A stretch of DNA of 64,000 bases from Octopus vulgaris (Eukaryota), in NCBI GenBank assembly GCA_951406725.2, contig OX597817.1, positions 126,108,001-126,172,000 on the forward strand. Direction: 5' to 3'. Below, piece after piece: positions 26,648-39,605 of the stretch. Position 1 is the stretch's first letter, and each line of letters starts with the position of its first letter. Below the pieces are notes generated by a model. That model was not told the DNA's origin. It made no database searches and was given only the letters and a program-made list of their open reading frames with translations. The position numbers were made by a program, and so were the translations under genes.

Positions 26648-26948
26648 GTGGAGGCATTTGGCCTAGTAGTTAGAGCAGCGGACTCGCGGTCGAGGGATGT
26701 CGGGTTCGAGTCTCAGACCGGGCGATGTGTGTGTTCATGAGCGAAACACCTAAACTCCACGCGGCTCCGGCAGAAGGTAATGGCGAACTTCTGCTGACTC
26801 TTTCGCTACAACTTTCTCTCACTAATTCCGCCTGCATCTTACAGTTCACCTGCGACGGACCGGCGTCCCATCCAGGTGGGGAACATATACGCCAAAGAAA
26901 CTGGGAAACAGGCCGCTATGAGTCAGCCATGGCTCGAGAATGAACAAT
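26648..26948 (+). mobile_element. tRNA-derived SINE family C, tail type 2, with perfect 12-bp TSD
   Basis: A-box-like TGGCCTAGTAG, B-box GGTTCGAGTC; TSD AAGTCAGCATAT at 26636-26647 and 26949-26960. Confidence 0.92.
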
Positions 26949-28192
26949 AAGTCAGCATATCTGAAAACATTGACATATTACACACAAGTAAGATCTTTCA
27001 ACGAAAGTCCTTTTGAAACCTGCAATTTAACCAACCTGTACTTTCGAATATGATCGATATGAACTTAAAAGATAATGCATATATACATTCATGTTATATG
27101 GTTGAACATATGTTGTACTTTATAGTTGAAATAATTAAACTCAGTCCATGTTTACCAATTGAGATTATTTTCATTTGATTTCACGTTGTTTGAGCTTCCT
27201 ATCTATTTCTATATAAATTAATATCTCTATTTGCCTATCTGTTGATATATTTGCAGAGTCACCGATGTACATAGCCAACCAGCCAATTATCTATGATTAC
27301 TTTGCTCCCTTTTGGATCTACTCTTATAATACTTATAATACGCATACAAAAGAAAACCTTGCCCAGAAAACACACACATACGCACATCCGGAGACAACCA
27401 AAATAAAACATCACACACAAACGCACACATATACATACACACAGGTGGAGACACTCAAAAGAAAACATCATTCCCAAAGATGTAAAATTGTATTTTTTTT
27501 AAGACATTATTAAGACATTGATCACAACATAAGCTCCCATAAACAGACAGCTGGTCACATTCCAAACATATTGAAAGGATATTCAACACAATAATACACA
27601 CATACAAACACAAATACACACACAAACACACAAGTGTGGTCATGCGCAGGTAGACATAAAACCCATTCAATAAATGATTTTAATGCAGGAACCAACCGAC
27701 ATTGTTTTAGAACAATAAACAAATTACCCCTCTAACACCTGGAACTCTATACCAAACTATATTTAAAGGTGACTTCAACGAAAAAACTTAATGTTTTTGA
27801 CACCCAAACAGAAGATTTTTTTTTTACTTCAAACTTTTTTGAATTATTATTAACATTCGATAAGACGAGATTCATCATCGAAGCCGGTAATTTTCTGAAT
27901 TTTATTTATATAATTTTTAAATCATTTTCTTACATTCTTCCTAAATTGAAATGTATTAGATTTGCTTCTGTGCTGTTTCCACCTCCATCTTTTATATATA
28001 AACATTTGATTTGTATAGATCATTTTTCACTTGTATGTACATAAATATATACATATGTACGTGCGTATACATATCTAGATTAATATATATATAGTAAAGC
28101 CGCCAAAACTGTTTTTTCTCTTTCATCAACAAAATACACGAGAAATATAAATACAAAGAATTATACATAACCGTATAAAAGTATTAATCTGA

Positions 28193-28194
<2 letters not shown>

Positions 28195-28236
<42 letters not shown>
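28195..28236. repeat. (TA)n microsatellite
   Basis: Direct reading. Confidence 0.95.
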
Positions 28237-28239
<3 letters not shown>

Positions 28240-29479
28240 CCTCCTTGGGAAGGTCATAATGACAAGGAAAACAAGCACATACGCTGGTTATATATAGCTT
28301 ATTTATTGGTAGTCAATACTTTAAAAACCTAATGAAACTAATCGATCGTTTGCTGAACAACATATATTAAAGAAACCATTGACTAATTAGATGGTAAGAC
28401 ATTTAACCAATCGACTAACTATAAATGAATGATATTTAACCGGTGCATATATTTACTATTACTGACGTATTGACCCTCCCACAACACAACATAATACATT
28501 TCAGGAATCTTGTAATCCAAATACAAAAATGATATAGAACTACAAAATACATAAAACGCTAGAATAAATACAATTTTCATGTAAACTTCTTGTCTCCATA
28601 GCATTGGTAACATAGACACGATAGGAATGATAAAGGTATAAAAGTACAGAACATTGTTTTAGTATGTTCGTTTGCTAGTTAGTAAGGACTAGCTGGAAAA
28701 CTTGTTGATGTTGCTTGCAGGAAGTTTAAGATTATACATTTGGTAAGATGCTACCTAATTACTGTACTTGCATGTTTTATATAAATATAAGGAAACTATA
28801 TGGACGAGCTTCGGACAATAAAATACAAAAAAAATTTAAACATGGAGGATCAAAATTGTATTTTCTTGCGACAATCTGAGATACAAAACTGTTACTGCAT
28901 AACTGATTTTTGTTTCCATAGGACATACAGCTGCTTGGTGTGTAATTGTAACTCGTAGAGGCTGTTAAATTCCCGATTTTATACGAAATGCCTAGTTATC
29001 ATTGATAACTACTGGTAAAGGCGGTCAACCTCAGAAAATGTAATGTATGTAATTGTACAAGGCTTTATAGTTGTATTTTGTTATCTGCATCTGGATAACG
29101 TAACTGATCGGGGAAGTATACCACAAACTAAATCACATTAAAATTGATAAGATGAAAGCTACGAAGAATGAGCTTCAAAGGCGAAAAGTCAGAGATTTGA
29201 AATTCATAGAGTTCTATTATCGCAGTTATAACCTATCCATTTCGATCATCATGATGAGATAAATTCATAACGGCTTTAGTAGTTTTGTTGGGTGCAGTAA
29301 AATACAGGAATTGGAGTTATAGGAAAGTATATAGAATGCATATGATTTATATATAGACATTCTAGTAGCGATGAAAATTCAGAAAGCTGCTAGCTTCAAG
29401 TGTTCCTTTCTTCAATTCAACTTTGTTTTTCCGTATATCTTTTGTAATTTAACTCTTTTGAAACTGTGATTTTCTCTGT

Positions 29480-30220
29480 ATTGGTCTGATAGCTCCTAAA
29501 CCTCATTGCAAAGTTTGTAATATATGATTGAGTAATTACTTATGTAGACCACAAAATGTATATTTAACGTGGAGATGCTAGCACAAACATAGCGAACATG
29601 TTATCACTACTGCATTATTTTTTACTGGGTCAAATATACAGCTGACAAAGATTCTTCCTATCAAGTATGATTCTATCTTCGTAACAGATCTGAACATGAT
29701 TTCACCTTTCCTTTTCCCATTTTCTCTACTAAGGCACTTATTCCATTGCATAATCCAATAATACATCATGTATCCACTGAAACGCTGGAATACAATATGA
29801 TAAAGTGGTTTACATAAGCGTATATCAGAAATCACATCACTAAGTAGCTACAACAGCCAATTTTCTAATCCCTACATTTTATTTCTAAGTACTTGAAAGG
29901 TCACTAGTGCTTCTACAACTTCACAAACAGTAAGGGAATTAAAAGAAAATGAAAAACAAGACGCATCTCAACTGAATTAGTGAATATAATTCTCAGGAAG
30001 CACCAAGAAAATCTATTCAAATATGAGTATTTCCAAACTGGATATTCCTTAAATACCACCAAATTTCGCATTCGATATAATCCGTAGTTATGATTGTAAT
30101 AGAAATGGTTTATTTATCTGTAAAATATATGACAAATTTGCCCAATATTAAGTGGCTCCTTTTACAGTAGTTTATATCAAAGTAGCTTCTTTTCCGTACG
30201 TTATAGTATTTTCCTTCCAC
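29480..30220 (-). pseudogene. Possible ancient hAT (Ac-like) transposase relic
   Basis: Weak motifs in the expected order across frames: KGAT*YWANL (HT..NL), ITTDY (ITTDN), CFLRII (CFAHIL), LCKPLY...FSG, CIFDPVK (LDPR.K). Confidence 0.3.
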
Positions 30221-30879
30221 AGTCAGTGGTAAAACAATATAACTTCTGTTTCAGAATACTTAAATTCCTGTAATTAGTTGTAAACTTTCTTAAATTTGAT
30301 ATCTATCTACGCTTTTACAAATCAAACATTTCCATATATCAATCAATCTAGCTAGCTAGCTAGCAAGTTATATATATGTCTGTCTATCTACCTATATGAA
30401 TAAATATATATGTAAATAGATATACACATACATACAGACAATCCCCGCCACCATCTCCACCTTTACTATAAGCAAAATTAAAAGAAAGAAAACAAATAAA
30501 CAAAACAAAAACAACTAAACATTCAACCTACACAAAAATACAAAATGGAACAATCCCCAACTTCGTCCCTGTGAGAAATAAACTGTGTCCATAGCTCAAA
30601 GCTGGTCCATAGAGACGACGAAAAATACATTAAAATACGGTGAGGTTTCGATTCATGAAGGCCGACAAATTATTAGACTCACCCTCAAATTTTAATACAT
30701 AATGAGAGATGGTTACTCCTCTCCCTATGAAGTACGGATGCCCTGATCAAATTTATCAATACGCTATTGAAACATCAAGGTACCCCAAGTATGAATGGAA
30801 ACGGACGATCCGTTCGGTATACTGTATAATTACTAAGGTAGATGACGCGTTCACACTTCTCTCCTACTAAAACGGCAAA

Positions 30880-31036
30880 TCTGAGAGTCGACTATAAGTG
30901 GCCTAGAGTCGGTCTGGAAGCAAGATCGTCTGCTCAATAGCCTCAAGTCACTGGCTGTAGATGTGGTAGTCACCGGGAAGAGCAGGATTTCTTGCAGTCA
31001 TCGATCTCCGCACATTTTTGACGTCGCTGAGATTTA
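30880..31036 (+). mobile_element. L1/Tx1-like endonuclease N-terminal fragment
   Basis: Frame SGLESVWKQDRLLNSLKSLAVDVVVTGKSR resembles the APE N-terminus N.RGL....KQ..LLN.L....VDV..I.ETR. A separate RTE-like KYGCPD scrap lies at ~30730. Confidence 0.45.
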
Positions 31037-31046
31037 AGCATCACTT

Positions 31047-31125
31047 ATGTGTGTGCGTGTGTGTGTTTGTTGTGTATGTGTGTGTGTGTGTGTGTGTGCT
31101 TTTGTTGTGTATGTATGTGCGTGTG
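31047..31125. repeat. Degenerate (TG)n microsatellite
   Basis: Direct reading. Confidence 0.9.
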
Positions 31126-31609
31126 AAGTATGTAAGTGGTGCGTTAGGCATGACTTTATAGGAAATAACAAGACAATGCGTGGAAACCGGAAAAAAATTG
31201 ATGTCCTGCGAAGGCGGAACAAATACGAACATGTTTTAAAAGTCCAAAAAATATCGTTAATATTTTTATTGGGCGACGAAAGAGATATAGCTGTTATTTA
31301 AGAGATATAGCTGTTATTTCTAGCCCTTGCAGAAGACAGAAGACAGAACTCAGAAGTGATGGATGAATAACACGTGCGCGTGTGTATGTGTGTGCTGTTT
31401 ACTTAGACGCAGCAAATGAATTTAGCTCAAATGCTGGGATTTCATTGGTTAAAATTCGAAGAATTAAACTACGTAAAAGTTACAAAATACAATTTTCTCA
31501 AAAAAAAACTAGTTGAAATTAATGTTTTCTTTTGACACATATTACCAGTATACGAAGTTTCAAATTATTTAGTTAAGTAGAAATTCTGTCCATCTTTTAG
31601 AAAAGATCC

Positions 31610-32056
31610 CAAAGGAGATTACTGCGAGCAGCTTGAGCGGCTTAAGTCAGCGCTAGAAGAAAACCGACCATCTTTGGTTTCAAGACGATAGGTGTTCTTC
31701 CATCAGGATAATGCTTGACTCCATACTGCGAGGAGGACATTCCAATGGCTAGAGCAGTTTGAACGGGAAACGATGCTTCACACACCATATTCGCCGGACA
31801 TCGACCTATTTTATTATCATTTATTCCGAAGTCTTCAAAATCATTTGGATTGAAAAAAATGTGAATTCTGTAGACAAAGTCAGAAAAGTACTGGAAGACA
31901 ATTGAACTTTGGAAGAACGGCTTTGAAAGACTACGAAATAGATGGAAATGAATTATAGAAAATGAAGGAGAGTAATTTTAGATTAAAAAAGAAGTTTGTT
32001 TATCTTAATTTTGAAAAATAAAGAAGTATACCGCAATATTTTGGGATGACCCAGTA
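31610..32056 (+). mobile_element. mariner (DD34D-type) transposon 3' fragment with right TIR
   Basis: YCEQLERLKSALEENRPSLVSRR*VFFHQDNA*LHTARRTFQWLEQFERETMLHTPYSPDIDLFYYHLFRSLQNHL contains the HDNA.PH and YSPDLAP.DY motifs; ends CCGCAATATTTTGGGATGACCCAG|TA. Confidence 0.88.
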
Positions 32057-32854
32057 TTTACAATTATGAAAATACATACGACAGTTATATTGCAAAGATT
32101 TTGATATGCCTGCAAGACAGAAATTATACGACAGTAACACAAACATTGCAACAAAAACTAACAGTTCCATTGGGTAATTATTTTCACGATCACGTACTAA
32201 TAGATACCTTAGCAATAATACATGCATTACACATTCAGTTATATAATCTAGTTCATGTTTGTTTCATTGACAGAACACTCAGTGCAAAATTTCTTCAACA
32301 GCTTCTAAAATACACTGAAATTAGAAAATGGACAGAAATATAAAATTACGGAATTCTTGCATATCCTGGGAACAGACAATACCACAGAATTGAACCTGGA
32401 TTACTGATTCTGCTGCTTGTGAACTTTGCCACCGATGCAATGGAAGCTGTTATTGCTACACTGTTCGGTACATCAACCTATCACACCTAAATTATAAGTA
32501 TAAGACATTTTGCATGGCTTCTTAGTAAGAAATTGATATTTTTTTCTAAAATTTCCAATTATACGTGCCTTGCAGCAAGGCTGTATAGTCACCAAAATGA
32601 TGAAGTTAATATTTCGTAATTTCAATATTTGAAAATTCCGAATTTAAACATATAAAAGAAACAATAGTGTTCACATTATTTCAATTATATTAGTTGATAA
32701 ACTATGTAAAATCCTGAATCCTGATCTACCCACGAAAAGTGTTTCAAATACAAACTAAAATTGGTGTACATAAACTGACGTTACTTTATATTTCTTTTAC
32801 TGTATATGTATCGCTTCTTGTTATGACGTATTACTACATATAATTTTATATGGG

Positions 32855-33049
32855 AGGAGGAAACCCCCTTCTGTCATGAATGACCAAGGGATTGCACCTA
32901 GAACGTTACCCTCCGAGGCACAAGTCCGGGCAAGTTTGTTTATGAAAGACCAGCAGTCGCCTCTGCATACCAGCCTCCTTTCTCCACACCGCTGATGTTA
33001 TCCAAGGGAATCGCAACGGGCTATACAGCTTGGCACCAGTGATATCAAC
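32855..33049 (-). mobile_element. SINE-like family D 3' fragment with TSD
   Basis: GC-richer island resembling, from memory, an abundant octopus repeat; flanked by TTTATATGGG at 32845-32854 and 33050-33059. Confidence 0.7.
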
Positions 33050-33149
33050 TTTATATGGGGAAGCAATATATTATTCAATCAATCGAGTAGAAACTGAATA
33101 CGTTATATACGGCTAAATGTTCTGATGTTCCATTTAATCTCTCTTCTGT

Positions 33150-33500
33150 AAACTTAATTTTTCTCGCTTTCTCGTTCAGATCCCTCCTATCAAAATCGGT
33201 AACATAATTGTGTATATTCTTCTGCTGTTTATTTCTACCACTCAGTGAGAAAGTAACAGAAGAAAGCATGTCGCAATTTATTTTTCCATAAGTATCAAAT
33301 GCTACCTTCATTTTCTTTAGCAGTTTATTATAATCTATATAATCAAGATACATTCACACGCACTGTTTCAGTAGCCTCCTTTTGGATGGAATTCGGCAGT
33401 GAAGGAGGGAGTAATTGCTGCAGAAGTAGCGCTGGTATAACTGATAAAATATGGATATATGGAATTGCGATATATCGCTTTCATAAATTTCTCTATGAGC
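33150..33500 (-). pseudogene. hAT C-terminal dimerisation-domain relic
   Basis: ILSVIP/ATSAA (one frameshift; cf. ILLTIPATSAS.ERSFS), then KLLKKMK...LSSVTFSLS...DFDRRDLNEKARKIKF (cf. KLKLIK...LSSLA.LS...DFA.KKARK..F). Confidence 0.45.
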
Positions 33501-33653
33501 CTTTATATAAATATGGAGTAAAATACTCCATATTTTGACGAATGTTAATCTATGGAATAAAATATATCCTTACCTGAAAATATGTAGATTTGAAGGAAAA
33601 ACGTGAGGGAACAATGGATGTAATAAATATTAGTGGTAATATAAAGACTGATA

Positions 33654-33885
33654 TTTTTTTTATTACCCAGAAGGGGCTAAACACAGAGGGGACAAACAAG
33701 GACAGACAAACGGTTTAAGTCGATTACATCGACCCCGGTGCGTAACTGGTACTTAATTTATCGACCCCGAAAGGATGAAAGGCAGAGACGACCTCGGCGG
33801 AATTTGAATTCAGAACGTAACGGCAGACGAAATACGGTTAAGCATTTCGCTCGGCGTGCTAATGTTTCTGCCAGCTCGCCACCTT
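33654..33885 (-). mobile_element. SINE family A, best-preserved full-length copy with TSD
   Basis: Minus strand GGTGGCGAGCTGGCAGAAACATTAGCACGCCGAGCGAAATGC...GAATTCAAATTCCGCCGAGGTCG...GTACCAGTTACGCAC with an A-rich tail; TSD TAATATAAAGACTGATA (33637) and TAATATCATGACTGATA (33886). Confidence 0.92.
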
Positions 33886-34791
33886 TAATATCATGACTGA
33901 TAGCAGAAGGCAACAGACAGAAATGGGACGATTGTGCTTAGAAAGAAGGCAAGCCGAGAAATGCTTGGATGACGTGGCAGTGTATCGCATAAATTACAAG
34001 CACAATTAATAAGGACACCTGTATTCTTGATCACCTTTCACTTTTTTGAAAACAATTATAATGCTGATTACTTACATATGATTGGAGCATATTATAGTTC
34101 AACGTCCTCCTCTCCTTAAAGGTTATTTTCTTTATCGATCAGGAGAAGGCAATAGCAAAATGGTTTTCGACGGATTTTCGTTACCGACTCCATGAACTAG
34201 AAATACCAAATGCCATTGTTTTAGTTTCTTTTTGTTCTCTCTCAATGAAAATTCAGCTTATGTAAATTATATTTTAAAAAAATGAATTTAAAAAAAAACT
34301 TATAGATAAAGAACCTATCTCTTAAATGAAATAGTTGTGTTTTACAAAATTTAAATTAGTGAAGAGGCAGATTAGATATCCAACATTAAAATCTACATGA
34401 TTTTGTCTCCGAAACGGTAATTCATTCTTCCTGGCAAAATAAAATACATATCTACACGTAAGCTTTGTAGGTTCTCTTAAATATAGAGCATTGTTGAATG
34501 ACTTAGGTGGTGAGATACTCATTGTGACATACAATAACTGTGACATAAAATAACTGCACCCATGTGCAATAACTCATATGTGAGCCAAGACACATGAACT
34601 TATAGTGTAGTAATAACTCCTCTCTTGATGCACTGCACTATGCGCAACTTGCATAAATATGTATATGCAGTAATATGCTATATAAAGTATATATGGTATA
34701 AAGTAGTAATCGATTGAAGGCACGAAATAAATAATAAATGTAATATAGTCAGGTTTTCTATCATATTTAGCCTACGTTATATTTTCTAATT

Positions 34792-35095
34792 GTGAAGGCG
34801 CAATGGCCCAGTGGTTGGGGCAGCGGAGTCGGAGGATCGCGGTTTCGATTCCCAGACCGGGTGTTGTGTGTGTTTATTGAGCGAAAACCCCCAAAACATC
34901 CACGAGGCTCCGGCAGGGGTTGGTGGCAACCCCTGTTGTACTCTTTTGCCACAACCTTCTCTCATTCTCTCTTCCTGTTTCTTGAGTAATGCTTCGATAG
35001 ACTGACGTCTCGTCCAGCTGGGGGGAACACATACGCCACAGAAACCGGGAAACCGGGCCCATTAGCCTGGCTTGGCTTGAAAAGGGCGACGTTTA
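34792..35095 (+). mobile_element. tRNA-derived SINE family C, tail type 2, with TSD
   Basis: Head GTGAAGGCGCAATGGCCCAGTGG...GGTTTCGATTCC; tail CGTCCAGCTGGGGGAACACATACGCCACAGAAACCGGG; TSD TATATTTTCTAATT (34778) and TATATTTCTAATT (35108). Confidence 0.9.
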
Positions 35096-36009
35096 TCGAG
35101 CGTTAGGTATATTTCTAATTACTAATTTTCACTAATTAAGTATTTCGAGTCGTTTCACCTGTCTTTCGTTTTTCAAATTTTATCATAAAGTTAATAAATG
35201 CTTCTCCCCACAAATGATGTAAGTAATTAATACTTCTTCGCTCAACTGCAAGAAATGTGTTAGCATAGGTCTTACCGTAAGAAATAATCACACATCAACT
35301 CATATAATCAGCAGTGAATCTCTGTCGAATACAGAAACAGTGTTTTAACCGCATATTTATAGGCAACAATTTAATAAAATCTTAAAACAATAGAAATTTT
35401 ACATTCTTTTTCTCGTGTTCATCAATAGAATTTTCAGATGGTTGAATATGTATTATAGAGAGCTAAATACTAGCTGTAAACACTAGCATCTCAAATGTTA
35501 GTATAAGTTAACAACGATACATAATAGAAGCTATATTATAAAATATCTGACCATAAACATTCAGCCGGTGAAAAGGACTTTTACAATGCATTTGGCTGCT
35601 TAAGAATTATTGTAAAACAAGAGTTACCAGACAACATCAAGTTGTATTGATTGTGATTACGTCTGTTTTACTACAGTTATCTTAGATCTTTCATTCTAGT
35701 CTATAGCCATTAAATTCATTCATGTGTACATCGGATTACATTTGCTACCGATATAGCAATTTTAGTAGACACTATTTAACTTTTATTGCCATTTTTTCTG
35801 CCCTTTTATAGAGTTTCACACTTGGCTCTGTATCCAATTCATTAATGCCTGAAAGCAGCTCTCTGGTCAAAGTAATAAATACGTATATTATGTGATCAGA
35901 TTACGTTTGATGCATTTAAGTGATTAGCTATCTCTCTAGCTATCTATAAAGTTTCAAATATCCTTCACAATAAAATAATTATGCTGCACATCTATATTTT
36001 AAACAAATT

Positions 36010-36400
36010 TCTCACAGAAAAATTGAAGGTTTGGCGAGAAAATTTACTTTTCATCGCATAATTGTGATGCAGCTGATATTTTCTCAGACATAGAGAAGCA
36101 TAAACGCCGCAGATTAATTTCTGCAGGATTCTATGACTTTCAAATAAGATAGGAAAGATATAATTATAAATCAGTCCTAGTTATAAGTTAGAATTTACCA
36201 ACTACTTTTCTTTAGACTGCAAATTCCATAAAAAATACCATCTGGATTTCTAATGTTAGTGTTGCTTGTATTATCAAAGAAATCTGTGCCACAGATTTAA
36301 GTTAATGCAGACCAGACGTTGAGCATATGATATTGCAGAAAATCTGCAAGACAGCGAAAGAGTATTTTAAAAAAGGTACTGGAATATGTAATGAAGTCAT
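36010..36400 (+). pseudogene. Harbinger/PIF transposase N-terminal relic
   Basis: One frame with stops: DIEKHKRRRLISAG...NYKS...ISNVSVACIIKEICAT...KTAKEYF, cf. IEKQDT.FR.AISA...SYKSL...ISKSTVS.II.ETC.A...IA.EF. Confidence 0.5.
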
Positions 36401-37079
36401 CTTATTTTCGGTGACGTGACACATTTCTACGTATACTATGCAGTTCTTTAGTTTGGACACTCACTGCACCCCCCTAATGTAGAGTAGTGAACGGCAAGCT
36501 TATATTACTTAGCATGTACCATTGTCGGTGAGCGCCCAGAACTTTACTTCGTCGTAATATTATGTTTTAGTTATGCTTGCTACTCTTTTTGTCCCTCTCT
36601 CTCTTTCTCTTTTTTCTTTCTTTCTTTCTAGCTGTCTATTTGCATGCGTCTCTGTCTTCTTCATTCTCTACATCTCTGTGTAAGTGGTTTTATGGAATGA
36701 CAATGTGCCTACGATATTTTCAAGAATCCTGTAGTCTTATTTTGATATTTTAAATATGTGTCTATTGATTTAGAGGTTGGAGCATGTGCAGCAGCAAGGA
36801 GTATCGAAGCAAGGGGTAGTTGAACAAATCCTACAGTTCACTCACTTTGTTAACTAAGTCGTCTATGGGAGGTATGTATTCGTAGATATGAACAGATTAG
36901 TGCAGTTTGTATAGGATATATTAAGCATACAAGCAAGGAAATATTAATTACATTTTTTGGTGAAGCGTTGGGTGTTATGACGTTCTGTTTTATATTGTTT
37001 TAGTAAATATTTTCTTTTAAATTTATGAATTTGTGTCGTAGATTGGGAAAAAGTATATTTTGATTTTGTGAGAATATGT

Positions 37080-37515
37080 TTGGAAATATTGATGAAGAAA
37101 AGAGAGGATGAAACCAATAAACTGTCTACAGTCTATTTACCCTATGTGAAAGGCCTCTCCGAAACGATACAAAAGATATGCGACACATATGACATCAGGA
37201 CAGTATTCAACAGTAATACAACTCTTCGCAAATATCTCCTTCGGGTAAAACCACAAATAGAAGAGAATATGACCCTAAACTGCGTATACTCTATCCCATG
37301 CAGCTGTGGTAGGTTATACAAAGGCGACCCACAATAAGGATAGAGGAACATTGCAAAGCTTTGAAACGAGAAGATATTGTAAAACGAGTATAGCTGATTA
37401 TGTATGGAAAAATGGAAACCACCTTCCCCTGTGGGATGAAATTAAAATAATAGACAGAGAACACCACTGGAAAATACGAAAACTATAAGAACCAGCACAT
37501 ATGCTAGGACACAAC
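37080..37515 (+). mobile_element. Penelope-like element, GIY-YIG endonuclease fragment
   Basis: VYLPYVKGLSETIQKIC..YDIRTVF...CVYSIPCSCGRLYKG, then RIEEH...SIADYVW.NGNHLPLWDEIKIIDREHHWKIRKL*E.AHM. Confidence 0.9.
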
Positions 37516-39083
37516 ATGGATCAATTATCGTAAGGCGTACGATATGATCCCACACTCTTGCATTATGGAATGTATGAACCTATTTGGTATTGCATCGAAT
37601 GTTGAGAGATTGCTTGGAAAAAGTGTAGCGAAGTGGAGGATGGAACTGACAGCATATAGAAGTTTAGGGACAATAGAAATCAGGAGAGGCATCTACCAAG
37701 GGGACTGCCTATCCCCACTGATGTTTGTAATGTGCATGATACAACTAACTCTGATTCTGAGAAAAGCAAAGGCTGGGTATGTATTTAAAAGCCGCCAATA
37801 AAATGTCAACCACTTGTTTTCATGGATGACCGCCAACTTTATGGTAAAGATGAATCCCAAGTCAGTTCCCTCGTTGATACGGTGTATACCTACAGTGCTG
37901 ATATCAGAATGGTGTTCGGACTGAAAAAGTGTTGTGTGTTAGTCTTGATGAGAGGCAAAATCAAATGTATAGGCGGGCTAGCGATACAGTCGGGAGAGGT
38001 TATGAAGCAGATAAAAGAGACGGGATATAAGTACTTAGGGATATTAGAAATGGACAATTTGATGGAGAAAGAAATGACAGAAAAAGTTAAGGTGGTGTAC
38101 TTGCGCAGACTGAGACCGATCCTTAAGTCGAAATTAAACGGACGGAATATCATTGAAGCTACAAACACCTGGGCGGTTTCACTACCAAGATATGGAGCAG
38201 GAGTAATCGCATGGAGAGTAGAGAATGAATGAAACTGAAAATAGATGATAAAGAAAAGAATGCATGGACATTTATTTAGTCATATATACGATAACACAGA
38301 TAAGAGAAAAATATGGCTATGGACGTCTAAGAGGGATTTAATACCGGAAACTGAGCATCTAAATATATCAAGTACATAATAAACAACACATCTGGAAGTG
38401 ATAAATACAGAGTCTGTAGACAAAATGGTGAAACCCTATGGCATATTACCAGTTAATGTACGCCACTAGCCCAGAAAGAATATAAGAGACGTCATGACAA
38501 TATAGCAAGGATTATCCATTGGACAATTTGCAACAAGTATAGTAAAAAAAAATGGTAAGAACATAAACCTGAAGGCATCATCGAAAATGATAACACAAAG
38601 ATCCTATAGGATTATATGATTCAGTGCGACCATGAGATAGAGAATAGGAAGCCAAACAGAGTTACTTGAGAAAGAAAGCAAATGCTGGGAGATCATAGAT
38701 ATAGTATGCCCAGCTAACAACAAGGTATGCGATAAGAAAGAAAAGTCGATAGATATGATAGGTTAGCATGGGAGGTTTAGCAGTTGTGGTCGATAAAAAA
38801 TGTGGTAATAGTATCGATAATTGTCGGAGCCCTATTTGTTTCATGTAATTCTTGAGAACGGTTCCAATTAATTCTTGAGAATTACATGGAACAAATAGGG
38901 GCTGCAATAAAAGTGAAGCACTAGCAAAAAACAACACTGTTTGGAAACCGCTCGATTACTCTGGGTGGTGCTCGAGAAATAAGGAGTGTTACTTTTGTTC
39001 ACTGGTAGTGAACAACTGGCACCGTAGTATATCTCCAGTGTTAGAAACTGTGCAAATACAATAAATAATGATGATAATAATAA
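37515..39083 (+). mobile_element. 5'-truncated R4/Dong-like non-LTR retrotransposon (RT, CCHC finger, restriction-like endonuclease), degraded, with (AAT)-like tail
   Basis: WINYRKAYDMIPHS, RRGIYQGDCLSPLMF, NHLFFMDD, YKYLGI, KSKLNGRNIIEATNTWAVS, ETLWHITS*CTPLAQKEYKRRHDNIARIIHW, NRKP; tail AATAAATAATGATGATAATAATAA. Confidence 0.9.
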
Positions 39084-39506
39084 ATGCCCTGATGCAATAC
39101 CTAGGCATTGCCTCTCACAGCGTCTTATCTTAACTGATTTGAAGTGTTATAATATATATAATTTTTCTTGGTTTAAATCTACAGCAAATATTCTACTCAA
39201 TACCGCAGATTTGTTTGTCAAATTGCTCAATATTAACCAGTCATGCATGTTCCTTAGTAGCTGACTTTATGAGCCATATGAAGACCATGAGCAGAAGTAT
39301 TAGAGAACCGTTATACCCATGTGTTGAGAGAAATTCTATGGGTTTTAAATAATTCTGAAAATATATGTGCCTCATTCAACATTCTTAAACAACCTTTATT
39401 CAGAGAACTTTTGAGCGTGATGTGCTACTCTACGAGAAAACAGTTGAAATTGGGCTCCACCTGTAAGGTCATGCGCTGTTTATCCTGATACGAGATCACC
39501 ACGTCG
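39084..39506 (+). mobile_element. Interspersed repeat family E, copy 1 (3' truncated)
   Basis: Colinear with 48341-48755: CTACA.CAAATATTCT..TCAATAC, CCATGTG.TGAGAG.AATTCT, CCACCTG.AAGGT.ATGC..TGTTTAT, GATCACCA.GTC. Confidence 0.8.
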
Positions 39507-39509
39507 GAC

Positions 39510-39605
39510 TCGATTAAGTAATTATCAGTTGATCCCAGGGGTCAATGTAATCGGCTTACCACTTCCCCGGAATTACTGGGCCTGTGCTAAAATTTGAAAC
39601 CAATA
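39510..39605 (+). mobile_element. SINE family A 3' fragment
   Basis: GGGGTCAATGTAATCG...GGGCCTGTGCTAAAATTTGAAACCAATA. Confidence 0.7.

Noticed and set aside
26648-26725. tRNA gene-like sequence with A/B boxes
   Set aside because: Continues into a SINE body, is bounded by a TSD and is multi-copy in the window; no proper acceptor stem.
32370-32450. Minus-strand 43-codon open frame with tRNA-like GGTTCAATTC
   Set aside because: More likely a decayed SINE head than an exon; too degenerate to assign.
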